Shown piece after piece: positions 40,173 to 49,772 of a stretch of DNA of 64,000 nucleotides. Numbering within the stretch: position 1 is the stretch's first letter; every line of letters starts with the position of its first letter. A model generated the notes under the pieces. That model did no database searches and was not told the DNA's origin. It saw only the letters and a program-made list of their open reading frames with translations. The stretch comes from Thermoplasmatota archaeon (lineage in GTDB: Archaea > Thermoplasmatota > Thermoplasmata > UBA10834), in assembly GCA_040751795.1 (NCBI GenBank), contig JBFMHR010000001.1, positions 352,001 to 416,000 of the forward strand, given 5' to 3'. The translations under genes were made by a program, and so were the position numbers.

Positions 40173-40326
40173 TTCTTCACCTCCGCATCAGGTCGGCCGG
40201 GAGACCCCCCCCCCAGCCGCCTAATGTCTACCATTGTATACATTATACTGACTCATAAATCTTTTCATGCCATGCATATAGGCCACAACATTGATATCCG
40301 GCTGTAGACATTCAACCACGATACCC

Positions 40327-41028
40327 ATGGCGAAGAAGAATCCCCCCGCGTCCACTGGCAGCCTTGAGAAGTCCAAGGAGTTGCTCGTCCTGGCATACTT
40401 CCTATTCACCGGCAACAAACCCGCATCTGCCGACAGGGTGGTCGAGTACTGGTCCCCTGAGGGAACCGGGGTGAAGGAGGAGGTGCTTCCCGAAGGCGTC
40501 GGACCAGACGAACGGAGTCTCTCGAGAGCAGGTGCGGCCAAGATCTGCAAGCGCCTAGTCAGTGAAGGACTTCTATTCAAGAGGGAGCGACTGGGATACA
40601 GGAACAAGATGGTCAACGAGTACTACCTCCCATCTGGTTCGGAATTCCTGATGGTCGGCGAGAGGATCATGAAGACCTACCCGATGCTGGCACTCAGAAG
40701 CGACTACGGGAAGGAATGGCTCCGAACCAGTGCCATTCCCAGACTGTGCAGAACCCTCAGAATCGACCTGAAACCCTGGCTAGGTGACATTGAATGGGTG
40801 GCGGGGAGATCACCGACTGTGTTCACCATGATGACTGACGATACGATTAAACATGGCTCCGCTGCACGCCTCGAATCCGAGAAAGAGAGGATCTCCGCAT
40901 TTCTTGAATTCCTCATATGCGCGGTGAAGGTGGACATGATGTCGGGAGCAAAGGGGCTGCTGCTTGACGGAGAGACCTCGCGAGAAGTCACAGACCGGCT
41001 CAGAGATACAATCAAAGGATTCACCTGA
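40327..41028 (+). CDS. Winged-helix protein, divergent from RHH/integrase
   Basis: LSRAGAAKICKRLVSEGLL...EYYL wHTH pattern. Confidence 0.6.
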   Translation: MAKKNPPASTGSLEKSKELLVLAYFLFTGNKPASADRVVEYWSPEGTGVKEEVLPEGVGPDERSLSRAGAAKICKRLVSEGLLFKRERLGYRNKMVNEYYLPSGSEFLMVGERIMKTYPMLALRSDYGKEWLRTSAIPRLCRTLRIDLKPWLGDIEWVAGRSPTVFTMMTDDTIKHGSAARLESEKERISAFLEFLICAVKVDMMSGAKGLLLDGETSREVTDRLRDTIKGFT

Positions 41029-41216
41029 TGTTGTTGACTGGGCGTGCCATCTGCTTCATCGAGACTGATACCGAGCAGGGCATGTTGATGAGACTCTCCT
41101 TGACGGAGACCCGCTTCCGAGGTGTATTCTTGGTGAGATGAGAATCATATTCTGACGTAGCCGTTTGAGTCCGATTCGCTGATATCTTCATGGTGACGCA
41201 CGCGAATGCGCGAATT

Positions 41217-41717
41217 ATGATTAACTGGAAATTCTACCCGTTGGCCGAGAGGATTCCTCCCCATCTCGTGAAGGTCATCGAGGTTCTCGAGGGCAAGTCG
41301 GATCACATCTCTTCATCCGATCATGAGCTGAACAGCAACGATGTACTCGCGACGTTGAGAGAAGATCTCGAACACCTGGGATACATAGTCGAGAGAGGAT
41401 CCAAAGACAGGATCAGAATGCCCGTCCTATACGGAGAGAACGGAAAGGTGGAGAAATCCTTCGACGTCGATGCCTACGATGAGTCGACCGGAACAGTCAT
41501 CGAGGTAGAGGCCGGAAGGGGAGTGACGAATCATCAGTTCCTGAAGGATTTCTTCGAAGCATGTACGATGCATGATGTGGAGTACTGCACGATTGCCGTT
41601 CGGAACACCTACCTACGGCGCTCGGATTTCAAAGCTGTCGCCTCGTTCATGGATGCCCTGTACGCGAGCGGCAGAATCTCACTGCCGCTGAAGGGTCTAC
41701 TCGTGATCGGATATTGA
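41217..41717 (+). CDS. Putative PD-(D/E)XK endonuclease, BamHI/BglII-like
   Basis: FDVDAY...IEVEAG (D...ExE active-site spacing), small size. Confidence 0.6.
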   Translation: MINWKFYPLAERIPPHLVKVIEVLEGKSDHISSSDHELNSNDVLATLREDLEHLGYIVERGSKDRIRMPVLYGENGKVEKSFDVDAYDESTGTVIEVEAGRGVTNHQFLKDFFEACTMHDVEYCTIAVRNTYLRRSDFKAVASFMDALYASGRISLPLKGLLVIGY

Positions 41718-41819
41718 ACATGTTCTAAGACAGGTCCACCGTCGTCGAGAATATCTGCTATTTTCACGCTGCCCGGGCAACCCTCATATAAGTGAATAGC
41801 CGATTCTCGAGATGGTGAA

Positions 41820-42068
41820 ATGATGACCGTGGGACGAGATCTTCGGATGTACTCATCGGACGAAGTCAGGAAGTGGGCAAAGAAGAAGAAACTGAGCCCC
41901 GGAAAGGTAAGAGGCACAAAGGATGGAATCCAATTCGTTGCGATCGGTGGCAGCGACAAGATCGAGGAAATTGAGTGGGAACTCTTCGATGCGGTGCTCA
42001 AGAAGAAGCGACTCGCTGTCTATGGCACGAGAGAGGGTTGGATGCGCATAATGAGGAGAAAGACCTAG
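41820..42068 (+). CDS. Small basic protein, homologue of host gene 35947..36180
   Basis: Shared AKKK..PG.V.GT..G.QF...I.WE.F...L.K..L.V....GWM.IM pattern. Confidence 0.75.
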   Translation: MMTVGRDLRMYSSDEVRKWAKKKKLSPGKVRGTKDGIQFVAIGGSDKIEEIEWELFDAVLKKKRLAVYGTREGWMRIMRRKT

Positions 42069-42111
42069 AATCGTGGACTGAAGAAGTCTAATATGCCCTC
42101 ATTGCATTGGG

Positions 42112-44268
42112 ATGTGCAGAATGCCTGTGCCAGCAAGTTCGACAGAGGCGGTCGTTCAGCAGTCGTTTCCGACAGAGCATGGATCTGTGGAAGGACTTCG
42201 TTGTGAGTCTAGGTGCAAGACGCACAAGCACGACCCCTGGGGCAAGTGGCCATCCACCACGAAGATCGTGATCCCCATTCTTGCAGAGCACCCCTGTTAT
42301 GACCGCACCTGGGGCCTGGAACCCAGAGACGGACGCTGGAAGACCAGGCTTGCCGACTCCATCGAGCGTCGTAGGAGACGCATCCCGTCTGGAACAAGGG
42401 ATCGTCAGGAGATCCTCGATGCTATCGACAGAGTGACCCTCAGGACGTATCATGCAGCTAGAGTACTGCAGACCCATTTCAACAACCCGTCGCATGAGAA
42501 CTACCGGGATCCATTTCTCGAGACAATGTACATAATGCTCACTTGGAGGACCAGGATCCCCGACGCCAGAGCCCGTTTGAGGGACATAATGGACTCCTTC
42601 AAGGGCCCGCGTGCGCTCCTCAGCGAAGATGGACTCCTGCTCCTCAGGAACATCATCAAGAGGTCAGGTTTCTCTGGAAAGAGACCTGAGATGATTACGG
42701 AACTGACGAGACGATTCATCGAAGAGTTCCCTGACGGCGACACGCAGGTGATGAGAGCCTGGAAGGACGACGAGATCATCCGGTTCCTGACAAGCATGCC
42801 AGGGATCGGTTTGAAGTCTGCCCTTTGCGTGATGATGTACTCCCTAGATAGAGATCGATTTCCGATAGACACCCACGTTGGACGTGTGCTCAAGAGAACT
42901 CAGATGCTCAGAGAGCTTGTCACGGTGGGACAGGACACGGATCACAAGACCGTCCAGGCAACGGCAGAATTCGCGGCGCCTCCGAGCGCGAGGATGGCGA
43001 TTCATGCAGGATTGGTGTCACTCGGTCAGACGATATGCAGAGTCGGTACACCGTCTTGCGGCAAGTGCCCGATCAGACATGTCTGTGAGTATTACAGAAT
43101 GATGACCATTGAGAACACTGAGGGTGCGCTCTACAGTCACGTCGACCTATTCTGCGGGGCCGGAGGCTTCTCTGAGGGGTTCTCGAAGGAGAGGTTCAGG
43201 ACGGTTCTCGCTGTTGACTTCGACCAAGACGCGTGCGAGACGTTCAGAATGAACCATCCGGGGATTCCCGAAGAGAACGTTGTGTGCGAGGATCTGGCCC
43301 GACGCCAAGTGAAGACATTCATCAAGAATCACATCAGAGGACGCGAACAACTCAGACCGGGAGCTGTCGACGTTCTCACAGCAGGAATTCCTTGTCAGGG
43401 ATTCAGCAAGGCTGGCTACAGGTCACGACCCGGTCTGAGATATGAACCACTCAAAGATCCAAGGAATCTACTCTACAGGCGCGTGCTTCTCTGGATTCGG
43501 GATCTCAAACCGAGATACATCGTTCTGGAGAACGTCCCCGAGATCAGATCAGCAGGTGGCAAAGAGGCTAGCATTCTCGACACGATCTGCCGTTCCCTGG
43601 GCAAGCTTGGGTACCGGGTAGACAGCGGCGTCGTCAATGCTCGAGACCATCGGGTCCCGCAGACGAGGTACCGCATGATTGTCATTGCATCCCATCAGTC
43701 GGTTCCCGAGGTGAAGATAGAGGATCTAGGAGGACACGGAAAGAAGGGATCGACCCTCGGAAGAGCGATAGGAGATCTCCCTCCGCTGACCGACAGTGGG
43801 AACCCATACTATCTCAACTGGTCTGGCTCAGTCCTGACAGGTCATGTTTCCAGATCCAACAATGATGATGACCTAGAGATATTCGAGGCCCTTGAACCGG
43901 GGGAGAAGTACCAAGACTTCGCGAAGAGAAGAAAGGATATACTGCAGGCCAGGCGAAGACGCGGGAAGCATGCAGTCTACGGTACCAGGAGCTTCGAAGA
44001 CAAGTACTACAAGCTCGATCCAGATAGTCCATCAAGAACCATCGTCGCCCATCTGCACAAGGATGGAAACGGCTACATCCACCCATTCCAAACACGGTCG
44101 ATCTCAATCCGTGAGGCAATGCGCCTCCAAGGATTCCCCGATGACTACATATTCTGTGGAAGCGCCACCAGACAGTATATCCAGATCGGAAATGCTGTCC
44201 CCCCGCCTCTGGCAAGAGATATCGCGCGCCTCCTAGCCCAGAATCTCAACTCCGCATGGAGAGTGTGA
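42112..44268 (+). CDS. HhH-GPD (endonuclease III/DEMETER-like, 4Fe-4S) glycosylase fused to C5 DNA cytosine methyltransferase
   Basis: N-half MPGIGLKSA, FPIDTHV, C-x6-C-x2-C-x5-C. C-half DLFCGAGG, PCQGFS, ENV, QTRYR, QIGNAVPP. Confidence 0.92.
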   Translation: MCRMPVPASSTEAVVQQSFPTEHGSVEGLRCESRCKTHKHDPWGKWPSTTKIVIPILAEHPCYDRTWGLEPRDGRWKTRLADSIERRRRRIPSGTRDRQEILDAIDRVTLRTYHAARVLQTHFNNPSHENYRDPFLETMYIMLTWRTRIPDARARLRDIMDSFKGPRALLSEDGLLLLRNIIKRSGFSGKRPEMITELTRRFIEEFPDGDTQVMRAWKDDEIIRFLTSMPGIGLKSALCVMMYSLDRDRFPIDTHVGRVLKRTQMLRELVTVGQDTDHKTVQATAEFAAPPSARMAIHAGLVSLGQTICRVGTPSCGKCPIRHVCEYYRMMTIENTEGALYSHVDLFCGAGGFSEGFSKERFRTVLAVDFDQDACETFRMNHPGIPEENVVCEDLARRQVKTFIKNHIRGREQLRPGAVDVLTAGIPCQGFSKAGYRSRPGLRYEPLKDPRNLLYRRVLLWIRDLKPRYIVLENVPEIRSAGGKEASILDTICRSLGKLGYRVDSGVVNARDHRVPQTRYRMIVIASHQSVPEVKIEDLGGHGKKGSTLGRAIGDLPPLTDSGNPYYLNWSGSVLTGHVSRSNNDDDLEIFEALEPGEKYQDFAKRRKDILQARRRRGKHAVYGTRSFEDKYYKLDPDSPSRTIVAHLHKDGNGYIHPFQTRSISIREAMRLQGFPDDYIFCGSATRQYIQIGNAVPPPLARDIARLLAQNLNSAWRV

Positions 44269-44447
44269 CCGTCAAGCGATGATGGATTGACTGCATGATT
44301 CGTTCTCCGTCATAACACTGTTGTTTTACTCACTGAAATCAATATATCAGACTAGGCGATACGGGAGATGGTCGAACATGAAGACCGGCGGAGTGGTCTG
44401 GTCACCATACCTGCTACGCGGTCCGTGGGAGCCAATGAAGGGGGAAT

Positions 44448-45959
44448 ATGGCAGAGTACGAGGAGATACCTCCGAGAGCAGATGCGATGGTCGCGTCAAT
44501 GCGAGCTATCGGATACGACCTCTCAATGGCCATCGCAGATATCATAGACAATAGCATCTTCGCCGGAGCCAAGAACATACAAGTCGATTTTGACTGGGCA
44601 GATGGGAGCCCCTGGATACGAATCACAGATGACGGAAGGGGCATGAGTGACGAAGAGCTGCGCGAGGCCATGCGCCTTGGAGGCAAGGGCCCGAATGACA
44701 TCAGAGATCCTGAGGATCTTGGAAGGTTCGGTCTCGGACTCAAGACTGCCTCATTCTCACAGTGCCGGATCCTCACCGTCAGCACCAAGGTAGCAGGCGG
44801 GAGAACATCGACAAGGTGCTGGGACCTTGACGTTATAGAACACACAAAGAAGTGGCAGCTCAGGCTCCTGCCACCAGAAGACGCGGAGCCACTGCTAGAC
44901 GACCTGCTCGAAGTGGATAGCGGTACCGTTGTCCTCTGGCAGAGGCTCGACAGGGTCATCGATGGGCCCGACGATATCACCGATGGTGAGACAATCTTCC
45001 GGAAGAAGTTCATCGATGTTGGCAGACATCTCGAGATGGTCTTCCATAGATACCTGAGCGGGCCTGGTAAAATGGATATCTCGATAGGGAGGACCCCTCT
45101 GAGGCCATGGGATCCGTACCTTCTCACCAACCAATTCACACAGGAACTCTCGACCGAGAAGTACGAAGATGGCTCCATAAGGATCATTCCATACGTCCTT
45201 CCGCATGTGTCTAAACGGACTGCAACCGAGACGGCAGCCGGGGCCGGAGTGAAGGGTTGGAACGCACAGCAGGGATTCTACGTATACAGGAATCGTCGGA
45301 TGATAATCTCAGGAGGCTACCTCGACTTCGACATAAAGCCCGAGGAACACTACAAACTTGCCAGAATCATGGTAGACCTGAAGAATAACATGGATAGCGA
45401 ATGGAGGATCGACGTGCGCAAGGCAGTGGCCATCCCTCCAGACCGGCTCAGATCACAGCTCGAGAAGGTAGCCAGAGCAGCAAGAGAAGAGGCGGTCAAG
45501 GTCTACAGGGCAAGAACTGGCCGAGGTAGGAAAGCTGCGCGAACGAACACGCAGGAAGTATGGATCAAAAGGCGAAGAGGTGACAAAATCATCTACGAGA
45601 TCAACCGTGAGAACGAGGCAACCAAGAGGATCCTTGCGGAGATCTCTCCGCCGGAGCGTTGGGTGAAGAAACTCTTCGGGACAATCGAACGAACAGTACC
45701 ACACAGGGAAATCATCATAGACTCGTGTGACAACGAGGACTGTCATGTGGATCTGCCTCCCGAGACAAGCCCACCAGATCGAGGTCTCATCGACATGTGC
45801 ATCGAGATCTACGAAGAGATGAAAGCGAACGGGAGATCTCATGAGGAAGCGTCGGAATATGTTCTTTCTATAGAGCCATTCAATACACATCCATCATTCA
45901 GAGCGACTCTGGACAGTCTCGCAGAGGAGGCAAGCTTACGAACACAAAGAACGAGATGA
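44448..45959 (+). CDS. MORC/MutL-like GHKL ATPase (MzaB-like)
   Basis: DIIDNS, DDGRGM, LGRFGLGLKTASFS, GFYVYRNRR. Confidence 0.9.
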   Translation: MAEYEEIPPRADAMVASMRAIGYDLSMAIADIIDNSIFAGAKNIQVDFDWADGSPWIRITDDGRGMSDEELREAMRLGGKGPNDIRDPEDLGRFGLGLKTASFSQCRILTVSTKVAGGRTSTRCWDLDVIEHTKKWQLRLLPPEDAEPLLDDLLEVDSGTVVLWQRLDRVIDGPDDITDGETIFRKKFIDVGRHLEMVFHRYLSGPGKMDISIGRTPLRPWDPYLLTNQFTQELSTEKYEDGSIRIIPYVLPHVSKRTATETAAGAGVKGWNAQQGFYVYRNRRMIISGGYLDFDIKPEEHYKLARIMVDLKNNMDSEWRIDVRKAVAIPPDRLRSQLEKVARAAREEAVKVYRARTGRGRKAARTNTQEVWIKRRRGDKIIYEINRENEATKRILAEISPPERWVKKLFGTIERTVPHREIIIDSCDNEDCHVDLPPETSPPDRGLIDMCIEIYEEMKANGRSHEEASEYVLSIEPFNTHPSFRATLDSLAEEASLRTQRTR

Positions 45960-48760
45960 TCATTGGCATGTCCCATGCCTGGTTCAGGGACAAGAATGTC
46001 GGACAGCAGGAGATCAGGGACTTCATCGTTAAGATGAGGGGTCTCTTCCCAGATCATGACTTGGACGAGGAATCACTTTTCAGGCAACTCGAGTCGATCC
46101 ACTCCGTCAGGATTGGACGAGAGACCACACTTGACGACAAGAGGGACCACGTTGAATGGTTGAACCCGTCGACGGGAGAGGGACTGAAACGAGAGATTGA
46201 CTGGCACTTCTGGGGCCATTACAGTGACTACCTCTCGGTTGCCAAGGGATGGCCAAGAAACATGGTTCACAGTATCGATAGTCTATCTAGCCAGGTCTTG
46301 TCTAGACTTGAGGATCCTCAGAGACCCGGCCCATGGGACCGCCGAGGGATGGTCATGGGGAGTGTCCAATCCGGGAAGACCGCCAATTACACTGCACTCA
46401 TCACGAAGGCCGCCGACGCAGGCTACAAGTTCATCGTAGTCCTCGCAGGCGTGCACGACAGTCTGAGAAGTCAGACCCAGACGAGACTGAACGAGGAATT
46501 CCTCGGCTACGACATTGACAGAGTGAGGAAGCTCACGGGAGGCGAACGACGGATCGGCGTCCGCGAGATGTTCCCGAATCACAATCCAGTCTACACGCTT
46601 ACGAGCAGTGACCAGAAGGGCGACTTCAGCAAGGTGGTTGCGTCACAGAGCGGCATCTTTCCGAGCGTTGATGGCCACCCGATAATTCTCGTCATAAAGA
46701 AGAACGTCAGCATCCTTCGCAATCTCTACACATGGATACCTTCGGTCATCAGCCAGACAGACACCACAGGGCGGAAACTCATAAGGGACATCCCACTGCT
46801 ACTCATCGACGACGAATGTGATTTCGCGTCAATCAACACGAAGCAGCCGGAGAAGGACGAGAACGGGAAGATAATCGAAGAATGGGATCCCACTGCCATC
46901 AACCGGCTCATACGGCAGCTGCTGCGCCTCTTCGACAAGTGTTCATACGTAGGCTACACCGCAACACCCTATGCCAATGTCTTCATCCACATTGATGATA
47001 CTCACCCCCGCTATGGAGAAGACCTCTTCCCGAGAAGCTTCATCGTCAGCCTGCCGCAGCCAAGCAACTACATGGGCCCGGAGAAGGTATTCGGCTTCGA
47101 TGAGGCCGACCGGGCCGTGACTGCATCCGAACCACTGCCCCTTGTGCGCCTTGTCGACGATCAATCTGCGTGCATACCCGAGGGACACGACAAGGAGCTC
47201 ATCGTGGAGGATCTGCCTCACAGCCTCAAGCTCGCCATGAGATACTTCCTGCTCAGTTGTGCGGAGCGACGACTCCGCGCTGAGGGAGTGCCACACAATT
47301 CGATGCTGATCCATGTCACGAGATTCACAGCGGTTCAACAGCAGATCAAGGATCTTGTCGACAGAGAACTGAAAGAGCTGGCATCAAGAATAATGAGCAG
47401 AGACCCGCTCGCGGACTTCCGCGAGATATGGGATAATGACTTCATCCCGACCTCACGTGAGATGACAGATCGTGGATACAGAGACTCATCGACCCACGAC
47501 TGGGATGACATCGAGAAGAGCCTCGGAGTCATCGCGAGAGTCATGAATGTCAGATTGATAAACGGAACCGTGAGAGATGCGCTTGACTACAAGGACGCCG
47601 AGATCGCAGCCACCAGCCGTAGAAGAAGTGGCGAGGAGGTCCCATGGGAGGAGAGAGGCCTGAGCACCATCGTAATTGGAGGCGACAAACTCTCAAGAGG
47701 ACTGACACTCGAGGGACTCACGGTGAGCTACTACCTCAGAGCTTCAACCCTGTACGACACACTGATGCAGATGGGAAGGTGGTTTGGATACAGGAGAGGA
47801 TACTCCGATCTCTGCAGGATATTCACGACGGAGGAACTGGTGTCATCATACCAACACATCGCGCTAGCTACAAGGGAACTCAGGGAGGATATCGAGTACA
47901 TGTCGGAGCTCAGACTCACCCCGAGTGAGTTCGGCCTCAAGGTCAGGAGCCATCCTGGTCGACTAGCCGTGACATCATTGGGGAAGTCGAGGAACAAACA
48001 GAAAGTCTCCCTCTCCTACGAGGGACATATATCCGAGACGGTTGCTTTCAACCCGAGGAATTCACGAACCAACGTCCAGTCTCTCACCAGACTGATATCC
48101 GACATTGACAGGAAACCTGACTTCGAACATGACACGAAGAGGAGATACCACTGGACGGATGTTCCTCCCGAGAGAGTGCTTTCATTCCTCGGCAGGTACA
48201 AGAGTCACTCGGTGGGGACGAGACTCGTCGATCCCAGGGCTATTGCAGGGTACATCGAGAAGCAGAACCTCCAAGGTGAGCTCGTCACATGGAATGTCGT
48301 GGTCGTCTCGAAGGAAGTTGCCAGCGGACCCGATGACGAGGACGCGACGCACTTTCTCTCAGTCGGAGGCTATGACGTGACCTGCGTGACGAGGAAAGCA
48401 CTGAAGGTGAGTGCTGACAAGATATCGATCCGCAGGCTCGTCAGTCCAGCCGACGAGGCGCTCGATCTGTCCCGAGATGAAATCGAGAAGGCGAGGATCA
48501 TCGACGGGGCGAAGTCAGGGAAGCAGCCCTCCGAGATTGGCCTCCCATCTGGGCCGTCGATCAGACAGGCGAGACCAAAGGAACGAGGTCTGCTGCTAGT
48601 CTATGTCATCTCTGGAAGAGATGATGCGGGTACAATCTACGGCGACGAGGGGCACGAGGTTGTGGGTTTCGCCGTCAGTTTCCCCAAGAGCATGACCGCG
48701 GAGCCAATTGAGTACTGGGTCAACCCTGTATATCAGGAAGAGGACCAGCACTACACCTGA
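45956..48760 (+). CDS. Z1-domain protein (MzaC-like)
   Basis: GSVQSGKT, IDDECD, YTATP, LSRGLTLEGL, QMGRWFGYR. Confidence 0.92.
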   Translation: MIIGMSHAWFRDKNVGQQEIRDFIVKMRGLFPDHDLDEESLFRQLESIHSVRIGRETTLDDKRDHVEWLNPSTGEGLKREIDWHFWGHYSDYLSVAKGWPRNMVHSIDSLSSQVLSRLEDPQRPGPWDRRGMVMGSVQSGKTANYTALITKAADAGYKFIVVLAGVHDSLRSQTQTRLNEEFLGYDIDRVRKLTGGERRIGVREMFPNHNPVYTLTSSDQKGDFSKVVASQSGIFPSVDGHPIILVIKKNVSILRNLYTWIPSVISQTDTTGRKLIRDIPLLLIDDECDFASINTKQPEKDENGKIIEEWDPTAINRLIRQLLRLFDKCSYVGYTATPYANVFIHIDDTHPRYGEDLFPRSFIVSLPQPSNYMGPEKVFGFDEADRAVTASEPLPLVRLVDDQSACIPEGHDKELIVEDLPHSLKLAMRYFLLSCAERRLRAEGVPHNSMLIHVTRFTAVQQQIKDLVDRELKELASRIMSRDPLADFREIWDNDFIPTSREMTDRGYRDSSTHDWDDIEKSLGVIARVMNVRLINGTVRDALDYKDAEIAATSRRRSGEEVPWEERGLSTIVIGGDKLSRGLTLEGLTVSYYLRASTLYDTLMQMGRWFGYRRGYSDLCRIFTTEELVSSYQHIALATRELREDIEYMSELRLTPSEFGLKVRSHPGRLAVTSLGKSRNKQKVSLSYEGHISETVAFNPRNSRTNVQSLTRLISDIDRKPDFEHDTKRRYHWTDVPPERVLSFLGRYKSHSVGTRLVDPRAIAGYIEKQNLQGELVTWNVVVVSKEVASGPDDEDATHFLSVGGYDVTCVTRKALKVSADKISIRRLVSPADEALDLSRDEIEKARIIDGAKSGKQPSEIGLPSGPSIRQARPKERGLLLVYVISGRDDAGTIYGDEGHEVVGFAVSFPKSMTAEPIEYWVNPVYQEEDQHYT

Positions 48761-48764
48761 TGGG

Positions 48765-49772
48765 GTGGCGGAAACGTTGCGTGATCTCGAATCAATCTGG
48801 AAGGAACTTGAGGGTCGATATGCCGGGGAAGATGGGGTCTATCGAAGACTCGATCTCGCACACGAAACAGGAATAAGAATGGCGGTACTCCATCCTGGTC
48901 GGACGTGGGCCATCTTGGTCGAAGTATCTCCAGAGGATGTCACCTCACTGATTCCACCTCGATGGCGTGGCATGGGGGTGAGCGTGCTGCCACACACGGG
49001 CCCGGTGCCGTCCATGAAACACATCTGCCTCTATGTGGAGGCGTTGGAGCATAGGCCAGTATTCACCGCCTTGTGTACCGACATAATCAGGACCCTTGAA
49101 TCGTCTTCCGTCGCGCAACGCATGGAAAATCTCCAACAGTGTTTTCTCCGCTGGTCAAGATTCTTCGAGAGGTGGAACCAGGAGGGAATGACGCTTGAAA
49201 GACAACGTGGACTGCTGGGTGAGCTCGAATTTCTCGACATGCTTCTGAGGCGTCAGATACCGATCTTCACATCAGTGTCCTCGTGGAAAGGGTGCGATGG
49301 AGGCGTACACGATTTTGCGCTCGGAAGGAATGCTATCGAAGTCAAGACCACGGTGATGAAGGAACCTCGCAAGGTACGAATCAACAGCGAACGGCAGCTA
49401 GATGATGGACATCTCGAATCGCTGGTCCTATTCGTAGTGACTCTTCAAGAAACTGAGGCAAACGGCGTTACCCTACCGGACAAGATATCGGAACTGAGGA
49501 AGGTGCTCGAGAATGATATGAATGCAGCCAGCCTTTTCGAAACTCATCTGATATCTTCAGGTTATGTCGATTCCGACGCTGAGAAGTACACGAGTGGTTA
49601 CGTGATCAAGAAGAAGGAGTCGTTCGCCATCAAGAACGGTTTCCCTAGGATAGTATCTCTCCCATCGGGTCTTGGCGACCTTCAGTACACCTTGACGCTG
49701 TCGGCATGTGAACCCTACAGAATCGACATCGACGAGATGATGAACACATTCACCGAAGGTGCAGGCAGATGA
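48765..49772 (+). CDS. PD-(D/E)XK motif protein DUF4420 (MzaD-like)
   Basis: GLLGEL, W.G...HDF, IEVKTT, INSERQL. Confidence 0.88.
   Translation: MAETLRDLESIWKELEGRYAGEDGVYRRLDLAHETGIRMAVLHPGRTWAILVEVSPEDVTSLIPPRWRGMGVSVLPHTGPVPSMKHICLYVEALEHRPVFTALCTDIIRTLESSSVAQRMENLQQCFLRWSRFFERWNQEGMTLERQRGLLGELEFLDMLLRRQIPIFTSVSSWKGCDGGVHDFALGRNAIEVKTTVMKEPRKVRINSERQLDDGHLESLVLFVVTLQETEANGVTLPDKISELRKVLENDMNAASLFETHLISSGYVDSDAEKYTSGYVIKKKESFAIKNGFPRIVSLPSGLGDLQYTLTLSACEPYRIDIDEMMNTFTEGAGR

Noticed and set aside
41028-41141. 37-aa ORF overlapping the wHTH stop
   Set aside because: No motif or independent support.
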